Virus record (IMG/VR): IMGVR_UViG_3300042558_004043
Direction: 5' to 3' (one strand)
DNA length: 64,000 nucleotides
DNA from: a virus
Taxonomy: Duplodnaviria > Caudoviricetes
Shown here: positions 39,238 to 47,914 of the stretch, in pieces
Numbering within the stretch: the stretch's first letter is position 1
Layout: each line of letters begins with the position of its first letter
The notes under the pieces: model-generated
What the model was told of the DNA's origin: nothing
Seen by the model: the letters and a program-made list of their open reading frames with translations, nothing else
The model's database searches: none
Position numbers and translations under genes: made by a program

Positions 39238-40091
39238 TTGAAAACTATATAAATAAAGTAATCAATGGTGATTGTATTGAGGTAATGAAAGAAATGCCCG
39301 AGTCATTCGTCGATTTGATTGTGACATCGCCTCCATATGGAGTTGGAATTAATTACGATACTCATGACGATGATGTTGAGTTCCAAGATTATCTTGTTTT
39401 TACAAGACAATGGTTAACCGAAGCCTACAAAGTAATTAAGGACGATGGAAGAGTCGCAATTAATATTCCTTATGAGATTAATAGACAAGGTAAAGGGGGG
39501 CGAATATTCTTTGTATCTGAAGTTTATCAAATAATGAAAGAAGTAGGGTTTAAATTCTTTGGAATTGTTGATTTAGAAGAAGATAGTCCACATCGCAGTA
39601 AAACAACCGCATGGGGTAGTTGGATGAGTCCATCAAGTCCTTATATCTATAACCCAAAAGAATGTGTAATACTTGCATATAAGAAACAACACATCAAGAA
39701 AGTTAAAGGTGAACCACAATGGAAAGGAGAACCTATCACAACCGAGGAAGGTAAGACAAAGATGTTATATACCGAACAGGATAAGAAAGAATTTATGGAA
39801 CTGGTGTTCGGACAATGGAAATATTTGAATGACTCAAGACCAATGACAAAGGCGACTTTCTCAATGGATATTCCTACCAAAGCTATTAAGATTCTTACGT
39901 ATAAGAATGACATTGTATTAGACCCCTTCAATGGAAGTGGTACAAGTTGTGTGGCTGCGGAAATTTTAGATAGAAGGTGGATTGGTATTGAACTTTCTGA
40001 GAATTATACTAAGATTGCTACAGAAAGGATACAATCCTTTGTTGACCAAAAAAGGCAACAAGTTTTAGAGTTTGAAAATGGGGGTGAATAA
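39234..40091 (+). CDS. Beta-class N4-cytosine/N6-adenine DNA methyltransferase
   Basis: VTSPPY (motif IV) before VLDPFNGSGT (motif I). Confidence 0.88.
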   Translation: MIENYINKVINGDCIEVMKEMPESFVDLIVTSPPYGVGINYDTHDDDVEFQDYLVFTRQWLTEAYKVIKDDGRVAINIPYEINRQGKGGRIFFVSEVYQIMKEVGFKFFGIVDLEEDSPHRSKTTAWGSWMSPSSPYIYNPKECVILAYKKQHIKKVKGEPQWKGEPITTEEGKTKMLYTEQDKKEFMELVFGQWKYLNDSRPMTKATFSMDIPTKAIKILTYKNDIVLDPFNGSGTSCVAAEILDRRWIGIELSENYTKIATERIQSFVDQKRQQVLEFENGGE

Positions 40092-40133
40092 CCTCCATTT
40101 TTGTTTTATCTAATATTTATATAAAAAAAATCT

Positions 40134-40319
40134 ATGAATAACAAAATTATTTCAGAGGAACAATTTAAAGATAAATTAATCCAAATTTATAATGAGGAGA
40201 AACATTCCTTGATTAAAGAAAAAATTCAAATGTATGTTGAGAAAAGAAAGTCTTCAGTTAACGAGGAAGTTCAAGATTCATTAACAACATTAAAGAATAT
40301 TTTTGGAGGTAAAAAATAA
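40134..40319 (+). CDS. Small hypothetical protein with IISEEQ leader
   Basis: 61-aa ORF; TATTTAT at 40114. Confidence 0.6.
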   Translation: MNNKIISEEQFKDKLIQIYNEEKHSLIKEKIQMYVEKRKSSVNEEVQDSLTTLKNIFGGKK

Positions 40320-41719
40320 TGAAAAAACTAATTTCTGAAAGTGGTATAAGAGATATTAATGCTTTAGCTCAAAGATACCCAAAGGCCGAAATATACTTTC
40401 ACCAGGACCTTGATGGTGTTACTACCGCGTTAGCCATGAAATCATATTTGGAACAACATGGAATTAAAGTTGTAGACGCTCACGTAATTCAATACGGAGA
40501 TAAAGAGTTCTCAATAAAAAAGAACGATGCAACAGGTGACGTAATGCCTGTTCTTGTTGATTTTGCTCACGGTAAACCAATGTTTGTTATTCACACTGAC
40601 CACCACGATAGACAAGCTGGAGCTGAAGATACGAAGTCTACGTCATTTAGACAATCTCGTTCAAATGTGGAGACTATATCACAAATTGTATCACCAAAAG
40701 AAATATTCCCTGATAAAGATGTTTTATTAATCTCAACAGTAGATTCGGCCAACTTTGCAAAATATGATATCACACCAGAACAAGTCATGAATTATTTGTT
40801 CAAGTTTGATAAAGATTCATCATTGCTGAAGAATAAAATGGCTATGGGTATGGTTGCTAATAAATTATTATTAGCCTTTAAAAACAAACCTGGGTTTTTG
40901 GAAAAATTAGTGATGGATTCAACACCGTCTTTAATTAATATTCTTGTCAACATAAGACAAATTATGAAGGAAAAAGGATATGCGGACATTCCTGACCTTG
41001 AAAAAAATAAGGAAGACTATGTTCAAAAAATGAAAAATTATCCTGAGGTATCTAATAATATAATTGTTCAGTATGGTGGTGGTAGTATGATGAAGCCGGG
41101 TTCGTATGATAGATATACCCCATTTAGAAACAACCCTGATGCCGACTTTTTAGTTATTGCATGGCCAATGGGGTTATTACAGGCTTCGTGTAATCCGTTC
41201 AAAAAAGATAGAGAATTAAAAGGTGTTAACTTAGGTGATATAGCTCAAGAGGTGTTATCTAAATGGGAAAGTCAATTAAAAGAAAGAGAAATACCACTAT
41301 CTACTATCAAATGGATTTCTGAGGATGTTAAAGGTTTTGGTCCTGAATCAGTTGGTTTTACATTTAAAGATTTTGTTGCTTTATATGGTAAGAACTATAA
41401 ATCAAAACAAAATGGTAAAGAGGAGTTGATTAACATCGGTAACTTAATGGAAAAACCATTTGAACAATTAACTGAGGAAGAAAGACAAATATTAGATGAG
41501 GTTACGGTTAATGCTTGGGATGTCATCCAGTCTAATTCAGGAGGTCACAAATGTATAACAAACATTTCAGGTTTAATGTATATGGGAAGGTCAAATAGAC
41601 CACCACAGGGAAAGTATAAGTATGACCCTGAAAGAGAGGATTCGCCATACATTAAATTTCTTAAGATGTTACAAAGAGAATTTGTTAGAGTATTACAGGA
41701 AAAGATAGGTCAGTCTTAA
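40319..41719 (+). CDS. DHH-family phosphoesterase
   Basis: HQDLDG, VDFAH, TDHHD, STVDSA and C-terminal SGGH. Confidence 0.7.
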   Translation: MKKLISESGIRDINALAQRYPKAEIYFHQDLDGVTTALAMKSYLEQHGIKVVDAHVIQYGDKEFSIKKNDATGDVMPVLVDFAHGKPMFVIHTDHHDRQAGAEDTKSTSFRQSRSNVETISQIVSPKEIFPDKDVLLISTVDSANFAKYDITPEQVMNYLFKFDKDSSLLKNKMAMGMVANKLLLAFKNKPGFLEKLVMDSTPSLINILVNIRQIMKEKGYADIPDLEKNKEDYVQKMKNYPEVSNNIIVQYGGGSMMKPGSYDRYTPFRNNPDADFLVIAWPMGLLQASCNPFKKDRELKGVNLGDIAQEVLSKWESQLKEREIPLSTIKWISEDVKGFGPESVGFTFKDFVALYGKNYKSKQNGKEELINIGNLMEKPFEQLTEEERQILDEVTVNAWDVIQSNSGGHKCITNISGLMYMGRSNRPPQGKYKYDPEREDSPYIKFLKMLQREFVRVLQEKIGQS

Positions 41720-42057
41720 TAGACTAATTCATCGCCCTCTGATATGCCTTTTTGTTTACAGGTCCCACCTTTGACTTCTAAAACTATATCACCCTCACCA
41801 CAATAATTTCTACATTCATCATCCTTACATGGGGGACAATTGTGATGTATTTTTGTTATGATGTCATCTTTAATAAAAATGATGTCCAAATTTATAATAC
41901 AGTTATTCATCCAAAAACAATGTTCATCACCACCCATCATGAATAACATACCATTAAAGTCTTTGTTGAATTTTTTACCCATCATACCTTTTTGGGTTTC
42001 TTTTTCTGATACTAAAACTTTAACTTTGAATTTAGAGTTATTTATACTTAACAACAT
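41716..42057 (-). CDS. DUF192 family protein
   Basis: KGMMG, GMLF, FWMNN..INLDIIFI, VLEV. Confidence 0.8.
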   Translation of the reverse strand: MLLSINNSKFKVKVLVSEKETQKGMMGKKFNKDFNGMLFMMGGDEHCFWMNNCIINLDIIFIKDDIITKIHHNCPPCKDDECRNYCGEGDIVLEVKGGTCKQKGISEGDELVY

Positions 42058-42201
42058 AATGATAAATACTTTATGATATGAAAATGATTTATTTTATAAA
42101 ATAATTAAGTTTTTTTGTTAAAAATTTAACTTTTTAATAATTCGCACATATTTATACGAAAATAAGCCCAACGCCCCTTTCTAAATAGTTGGTTATAACT
42201 A

Positions 42202-42236
42202 AACCCTAAAATTCCCCCAAAGATTTTTAGGGTTTT
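42202..42236. terminator. Hairpin upstream of smpB
   Basis: aaccctaaaa...ttttagggtt followed by T run. Confidence 0.5.
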
Positions 42237-42263
42237 TGTTTTTTTCGTATATTTGTACCCATT

Positions 42264-42701
42264 ATGAAAAATAAACTATCCATAGTTAATAAAAAAGCTC
42301 GTTATGAATATGAGTTTATTTCTACGTTTACCGCTGGTATCCAACTCATTGGAAGTGAGGTAAAGACCATAAAAAAGGGTAAACTATCAATAAATGACGC
42401 TTTCTGTATTTTTAAAGAAAACGAACTTTTTATTAAAAATATGGTTTTGACTGAGAAAGTTAATGAGTTTTCACCTGATGTTAAACGAGATAAGAAATTG
42501 TTGTTAAAAAAGTCCGAACTAAATGGATTGAAAAGAGATATGATTAAGGGACTGACAATAATTGTTAATAAAGTGTTTGAAAATGATAAAGGTTTGATAA
42601 AAGTTGAAATTTCTCTTGCAAAAGGTAAAAAACTGTACGATAAACGTAATACTATTAAAGAAAGAGAACTAAATAGGGATAAAAAATTTGTAGGATTGTA
42701 A
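42264..42701 (+). CDS. smpB: SsrA-binding protein
   Basis: NKKARYEY, AGIQLIGSEVK, KKLLL, AKGKKLYDKR..IKERE. Confidence 0.9.
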   Translation: MKNKLSIVNKKARYEYEFISTFTAGIQLIGSEVKTIKKGKLSINDAFCIFKENELFIKNMVLTEKVNEFSPDVKRDKKLLLKKSELNGLKRDMIKGLTIIVNKVFENDKGLIKVEISLAKGKKLYDKRNTIKERELNRDKKFVGL

Positions 42702-42732
42702 ATTATTCGTATATTTGTAAAAATTATAACTC

Positions 42733-43008
42733 ATGACCACAATTACCCACACAATCAAAATAGAAAACGAAAAGTTTGGAGTTATCCTTAATGAAACTTT
42801 TATTGACCCTATCCAATTTAAGTTGTTTCTTAAAATGATACAAGCTTGTATTGAACTTAAGAATGACCTATCATTCTTCAACGGGGTTGAATTTTTAGTT
42901 CACGTACCGCATCGTTTTCTATCTGATTCTATTATTACCACATCTCTTAATTCAATCGAGATGTCAGAAATTGTAAAAAGTAAAATCGAAGCACTAGTAA
43001 CAAAATGA
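42733..43008 (+). CDS. Hypothetical protein
   Basis: 91-aa ORF. Confidence 0.65.
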   Translation: MTTITHTIKIENEKFGVILNETFIDPIQFKLFLKMIQACIELKNDLSFFNGVEFLVHVPHRFLSDSIITTSLNSIEMSEIVKSKIEALVTK

Positions 43009-43361
43009 TTATAGACTCAAATACATTCGGTTGGTTATTGTCAGCGGCAATTGCCGTATTGATTTTAGTAAGGTTTTGGAAGAGAGCTATAAAATTTATT
43101 TTGATAGCGGTGGCCGCCTTGTTTGTATTACTCGTAGTTCAAATTAAATCATGTTATGATGTTGTAATTCTTCCTAATAAGGTAAATAAAACTGAAAAGG
43201 TTGATATTAAAATTGGGGATAATGACAAAGTTAAGACCTCAAAAAAAGATACTGTAAAAACAAAATCATCGGAAAAACAATCAAAGGTTATGGTTCATGC
43301 TAAGTATGATACCTTAACCAAAGAGATTGAAATTGAGGACGTTGAGATTTTGAATGAGTGA
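43005..43361 (+). CDS. Membrane-anchored hypothetical protein
   Basis: Two N-terminal hydrophobic helices. Confidence 0.65.
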   Translation: MIIDSNTFGWLLSAAIAVLILVRFWKRAIKFILIAVAALFVLLVVQIKSCYDVVILPNKVNKTEKVDIKIGDNDKVKTSKKDTVKTKSSEKQSKVMVHAKYDTLTKEIEIEDVEILNE

Positions 43362-43407
43362 TTTTCTTGGTATATTAAAACCAAGTGGTGGACCGGTAAC
43401 ACGGGCT

Positions 43408-43437
43408 CAAAAAAGGAGAGAAATCTCCTTTTTTTTG
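43408..43437. terminator. Bidirectional terminator-like hairpin
   Basis: aaaaaaggaga-gaaa-tctcctttttttt. Confidence 0.75.
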
Positions 43438-43465
43438 TTTTTTGATATTTATAGTAAAAGAGTAT

Positions 43466-43780
43466 ATGAAAAACGTTATTATATCAGAGAAACAACTTTC
43501 CGATTTAATTGGTCAGGTTAAAAATAATGTTAACGAATCTCACGAACAAGGTTCTTACATGGCAAAACAACAACTTTTTATGTTGGCAACCATGGCTTAT
43601 ACCATGTGGGAAAAAATGGAGGATGGAGAACAACTCGAGGATTGGATGGAGACAAAAATCGCCCAATCTGAACAAAGTATCTTGTCTGTTGTTAAAGCTT
43701 TTATGTATGATGAGTTTGTTGACGATGAAAACGCAGGGATGGGGAAGTTAAATTTCAATGATTTGGTAATAGGTAAATAA
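43466..43780 (+). CDS. Hypothetical protein with IISEKQ leader
   Basis: MKNVIISEKQL; GSYMAKQQL, LEDWMETKI; TATTTAT at 43446. Confidence 0.7.
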   Translation: MKNVIISEKQLSDLIGQVKNNVNESHEQGSYMAKQQLFMLATMAYTMWEKMEDGEQLEDWMETKIAQSEQSILSVVKAFMYDEFVDDENAGMGKLNFNDLVIGK

Positions 43781-43797
43781 CCTAAAAACACATTTTT

Positions 43798-44238
43798 ATG
43801 AATCTGTCTGAAATAAAACTAATGAAGTTTCAATACTTACTTAACCCAGATGAGGTTGATGATTTCCTTGCCAATAATATGACAAAGAAACAACGTGAAT
43901 GGGCTCAAAGAGTATCTGAAACAGTGCCAAGTGATAGTTCAAGTGAGGATTCAGGTAAAGCTTGGGATGTATTTTTGGCTGACGATGATATGATTGAACA
44001 AATTGAAAAATTTATCAAGGAAATCGGATTATCTTTTCATAAAATAGATTTATCTAACGAATATTGTAAAAATGAAGGTATTGCCGACACGGTTCTTCAA
44101 AACAAAATTAGACGTTTTTTGGAAACTAATTATTCTATAGATTATATATTAGATAGAATTAACGAAGTTGGAATGAAAAACTTAAATGTTTTTGAAAAGT
44201 TTTATTTGGAAAAATATGGTAGTAAACAAGAGGAATAA
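43798..44238 (+). CDS. Hypothetical protein with C-terminal DUF6576-like motif
   Basis: IDYILDRINEVGMKNLNVFEKFYLEKY. Confidence 0.6.
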   Translation: MNLSEIKLMKFQYLLNPDEVDDFLANNMTKKQREWAQRVSETVPSDSSSEDSGKAWDVFLADDDMIEQIEKFIKEIGLSFHKIDLSNEYCKNEGIADTVLQNKIRRFLETNYSIDYILDRINEVGMKNLNVFEKFYLEKYGSKQEE

Positions 44239-44268
44239 ATAAAAAATCAATATTTATAAATAAAAAAA

Positions 44269-44712
44269 ATGAACGATAAATTTAAAAACAAACTCTTTGA
44301 AGAGGTTAAAAAAAGAGGATTGTTATCAGAACAAGAAGAAAAAACTGCTGGTGGTTTAAAAGAAATAGTTTCAAGTCTCCTTCACTCGAGAAATCAAATA
44401 CATGTTTTCCATCTACAAACTGAATCATATGCTCAACACAAAGCTTTGGGTGATTTTTATGATGGAATCGGTGATTTAATAGATGGTATTGTAGAAAGTT
44501 ATCAGGGTAAACACGGAATCATAAAAGGATATAGTAGTGATAAGATTGAGGATTATAAAAGTTCAGAACAAGTTATATCTTATCTTGAAAAAATTGATTT
44601 AGTATTAGAAAAAAATAGAAAATTAGTTAAAGAATCGTATACACAAAATCAGATTGATGAAGTACAAACTTTACTTTACTCAACAATCTACAAAATGAAA
44701 TTTTTAAAATAA
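44269..44712 (+). CDS. Ferritin/Dps-like (DUF5856-type) protein
   Basis: QIHVFHLQT.SYAQHKALGDFYDGIGDLIDGIVESYQG. Confidence 0.7.
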   Translation: MNDKFKNKLFEEVKKRGLLSEQEEKTAGGLKEIVSSLLHSRNQIHVFHLQTESYAQHKALGDFYDGIGDLIDGIVESYQGKHGIIKGYSSDKIEDYKSSEQVISYLEKIDLVLEKNRKLVKESYTQNQIDEVQTLLYSTIYKMKFLK

Positions 44713-44782
44713 ATAAAATTATCTTATCTTTGAACCCTCACCATATGGTGGGGGTTTTTAATTTTAAAGATATTTATACAAT

Positions 44783-45358
44783 ATGACAAAGTTCGATAAA
44801 ACATTAATATCTTATATCAGTACAACTACTGATTTTGCAGATATTGATATAAGCGTGGAAGAACATCACGGTCGTAAGTATTTGATAGCTCGTGTTGACG
44901 TAGAAAAGATTGATGAAAATAGTCCAAGGTATGACCAATCCTATGCGGAAAAATTGGTCAGAAAAAGAAAAATAAATCAACCAACTTTCATCACTCCAAT
45001 GAACTCTTTGGAAAAAAGATTAGGGGATGCGTCAAAATTTTTTGGAGAATTAGAATATAAGACGGCTTTTTTACCAAAAAATTATGAATCTTTGGATGGT
45101 ATTGAGAAAAAAGTCCAAGACACAGTTAAAGAAATAAATCCTGAGTTTGACGCTGAATTTTCATGGGACTCCGATTACCCAAAACCTGTATTATCAATAT
45201 ATCTTGGTGGTTCTAAAAACTACGATGAATGGTATAAACCAAAATATGGTCATTCTGCAAGTAAATTTATTGGGGATATAGAAAAAAAGATTGGTGATAA
45301 TATCTCACTTAATCAGTATAAATGGAGAATTCTAAATGGGAAGAAAAAGGCGGATTAG
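44783..45358 (+). CDS. Hypothetical protein
   Basis: 191-aa ORF; TATTTAT at 44771. Confidence 0.7.
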   Translation: MTKFDKTLISYISTTTDFADIDISVEEHHGRKYLIARVDVEKIDENSPRYDQSYAEKLVRKRKINQPTFITPMNSLEKRLGDASKFFGELEYKTAFLPKNYESLDGIEKKVQDTVKEINPEFDAEFSWDSDYPKPVLSIYLGGSKNYDEWYKPKYGHSASKFIGDIEKKIGDNISLNQYKWRILNGKKKAD

Positions 45359-45415
45359 AATGTTGTAAAGGATGAGTCATACCCAAAAATACTAATTTTG
45401 ATAATATTTATCAAT

Positions 45416-45967
45416 ATGAAGTTTATTATCTCTGAACAACAACAAGAAAGATTGAGTGTTTACGATAAAGCTCAAAAAATGTTTTTTAAATTTTGGGACA
45501 AAAACGGGCCAAAGGCTGATGACTTGTTTTTCAAACTTTTTGGATTTACTAATATTGGTTTAGAGTTCGTAGGATATATGATAAGTAGAAACGACGTTTA
45601 TAGAATGTTAAGAAAGTGGTATGGTGGTGATAACGCAAAATCTAAAGCAATTGAGTTATTGAAACAAAAAAACTATACTGTTAATTCTTGTGGAGGATAT
45701 AATTTTGATTTTGAAGTTGTTCATTATTATATTAATAATGATATTGGTGAAATATATGTTATAGTGAAGCCTGATGTAAAAAATGGAACAGTTACTTTAT
45801 TAATGATTGGAGGTGAGGAACAAAATTTGGGTGACGCGATAAACAATCCAGATTACGGGTATGAAATAGAAGGAGAAATAGCCGATTGCATCTATGAATT
45901 ATTGATTCAAAAAATCACAGAAACAACCGGCTTTTTAATTAGTATTGATAGATTAATTTTAGATTAA
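45416..45967 (+). CDS. Hypothetical protein with IISEQQ leader
   Basis: MKFIISEQQQ; TATTTAT at 45405. Confidence 0.7.
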   Translation: MKFIISEQQQERLSVYDKAQKMFFKFWDKNGPKADDLFFKLFGFTNIGLEFVGYMISRNDVYRMLRKWYGGDNAKSKAIELLKQKNYTVNSCGGYNFDFEVVHYYINNDIGEIYVIVKPDVKNGTVTLLMIGGEEQNLGDAINNPDYGYEIEGEIADCIYELLIQKITETTGFLISIDRLILD

Positions 45968-46572
45968 GTAATATCTGTTGATTCAATCAAAGTGTAAGAA
46001 AATTTGTTTCCGTGAATTTTAGCGGCTTTCTTACAGATTGACATAAACACGTCAAAATCTTTTACTCTCTTAAATACCTGACATCCCTCTGACCAATTCT
46101 CAACCCATTGAGAGTCCTGTCCTGCTTTGTGAATGTTTATACCAAAGATACCAGTATCTGTAACTTTTTCTTCAAATATTAAATCTTTGTTGGCGTCTCT
46201 CCAAACTGTAACATTACCTAATCTCTGACACAAAGCATCGTATTTACCTTGATGTTTGTCAATTTTCCAAACACCTCTGTATTGATTTGGTACCAATCGT
46301 GCAACACCCTTTTTATTGTGAAATTCCATAACTCCTTTTTTACCCGGGTCAGTTGTTGCACTCCAGCAATGGAATTTCCAATTTCCTGTTTCATCCTTAT
46401 AAGTGATTGTAAGACAATCATCAAAAAGATTTGTAACTTTGTCCGCAATTGACGGGTGATTGTTTCTCACACCAACAATGTTAACATCGTAAGTTTTATT
46501 ACTTGCATCCTCAAACCAAGTGTAACCTTTTGATTTGACTGTTTTTTCAATTTGTTCTCTTGTGTAGCACAT
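45964..46572 (-). CDS. Putative YkuD/L,D-transpeptidase-like cell-wall enzyme
   Basis: GINIHKAG...NWSEGCQV, a His...S-x-G-C catalytic-like motif. Confidence 0.6.
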   Translation of the reverse strand: MCYTREQIEKTVKSKGYTWFEDASNKTYDVNIVGVRNNHPSIADKVTNLFDDCLTITYKDETGNWKFHCWSATTDPGKKGVMEFHNKKGVARLVPNQYRGVWKIDKHQGKYDALCQRLGNVTVWRDANKDLIFEEKVTDTGIFGINIHKAGQDSQWVENWSEGCQVFKRVKDFDVFMSICKKAAKIHGNKFSYTLIESTDIT

Positions 46573-46599
46573 AACTTATTTTTTTTGTTTTATTTAATC

Positions 46600-46611
46600 A
46601 TAAATATTTAT
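46600..46611. promoter_or_regulatory. Palindromic ATAAATATTTAT giving TATTTAT on both strands between divergent genes
   Basis: Lies between the 46572(-) and 46628(+) starts. Confidence 0.55.
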
Positions 46612-46627
46612 TATCATATAAAATGTT

Positions 46628-47035
46628 ATGTCTAAAATTAAAGAAACATTAAGAGATAGGATTAGTAAAATTTTGGTTGAGACTGCAACCGAAAAATACT
46701 TGGAGATTATCAAACACACATTAAAGGGAGATAAAGAATATAAAGGTAAGTATCTTATGCCTTATACTGATAAGGATGACTATGTTGATTTTGTGATTAG
46801 TTACCATGTTACCAGAGCCAGTCTTTGGAAATCAAATGGAAAACATTGTATGTACGAAGGTACTGTTTATGTTAAAATAGATAAAATAATGGTTGGGTTT
46901 GAAGGTACGGATGATTGGGAAAATGTTAGAAAAATACAGAACTTACCTTCGTGGGTTGAGGATGATTTTAAAGATTTAATTCAAAACGAATTAAATATGT
47001 TTGATAACATCTGTATGGATGTTGATTACGATTAA
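46628..47035 (+). CDS. Hypothetical protein
   Basis: 135-aa ORF. Confidence 0.7.
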   Translation: MSKIKETLRDRISKILVETATEKYLEIIKHTLKGDKEYKGKYLMPYTDKDDYVDFVISYHVTRASLWKSNGKHCMYEGTVYVKIDKIMVGFEGTDDWENVRKIQNLPSWVEDDFKDLIQNELNMFDNICMDVDYD

Positions 47036-47047
47036 TCTAATTTTTGA

Positions 47048-47440
47048 TTATCTAACCGTTTTAACTTTATAGGGGAATTTACTTTCAAACCAAGTTTTTA
47101 TACCACTGTGCCATATCTTTTCCCCGAACATCTCATCCAATAAATTTTCTATTGGTAATTCTACCGATAACATTGGGGAACTTGACCTCCTTATATCTCC
47201 TGTTGGATTATTGCCAGTCCAATAACCTACTCCATACCAATAAAATAAAACGTCATCCTCATCGTACTTACCCGTATAGAATGCAACTTTATTTGGGTCT
47301 AACCCTTCAAAATGATTACCTTCTTCATCTACAAAATAGTCATAGGGGTGAAAATAATTTATTTCTTCGTTTTTAAAGTAGTTCTCTAAGAACTTTACAA
47401 CTACCTCATCTAATCTATTTTGATTAATTTCATATTCCAT
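47048..47440 (-). CDS. Divergent member of the MKYLITESQ paralog family
   Basis: MEYEINQNRLDEVVVKFLE...IKTWFESKFPYKVKTV. Confidence 0.6.
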   Translation of the reverse strand: MEYEINQNRLDEVVVKFLENYFKNEEINYFHPYDYFVDEEGNHFEGLDPNKVAFYTGKYDEDDVLFYWYGVGYWTGNNPTGDIRRSSSPMLSVELPIENLLDEMFGEKIWHSGIKTWFESKFPYKVKTVR

Positions 47441-47508
47441 AACAATAAATAGTTTTAAAATAAAAAAACCCCTCTTTATGGGAGGGGTTTAACGTACAGT
47501 CTATCAGT

Positions 47509-47868
47509 TTAAGACTTAACCGTGTAAGTTCTTAGACAGTGAGCTGACCATGCCAAACCACCAAGTAGGATTGGCATAAAGATACCAACTCCACCTAATA
47601 TTGCAAAGTGAACTGCAACTGCTCCTGACATAGCGGATGATACTCCGAGAGCTCCAAAAATTGAAGTTCTTGGATAAATCAACAGTGCTAATGAAGCGAG
47701 TTCAAAAACACCAATCCATGTCATTTGAGGAAGCATTCCAAAGAATGTAAAATTCTGAGTCATTTCCTCTGAATGGGTAACTTTTGAGATTGCTCCCATT
47801 CCTAGCATAAACACCACAACTGCGGTGATAAGCCATCCTAAATTTTTAAGTGTAAGATATTTTTTCAT
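47509..47868 (-). CDS. DoxX-like membrane protein
   Basis: Four TM helices; KV..SEEM..NF, IGVFEL..LALLIYPRTSIFGA. Confidence 0.75.
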   Translation of the reverse strand: MKKYLTLKNLGWLITAVVVFMLGMGAISKVTHSEEMTQNFTFFGMLPQMTWIGVFELASLALLIYPRTSIFGALGVSSAMSGAVAVHFAILGGVGIFMPILLGGLAWSAHCLRTYTVKS

Positions 47869-47914
47869 AAATGAATTATAGACAATAATTTAAATATTGT
47901 CAATATTTATGTAT

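Noticed and set aside
43362-43440. Possible tRNA/tmRNA fragment downstream of the smpB operon
   Set aside because: Only a short hairpin and a terminator; no cloverleaf, T-loop or CCA end recognised
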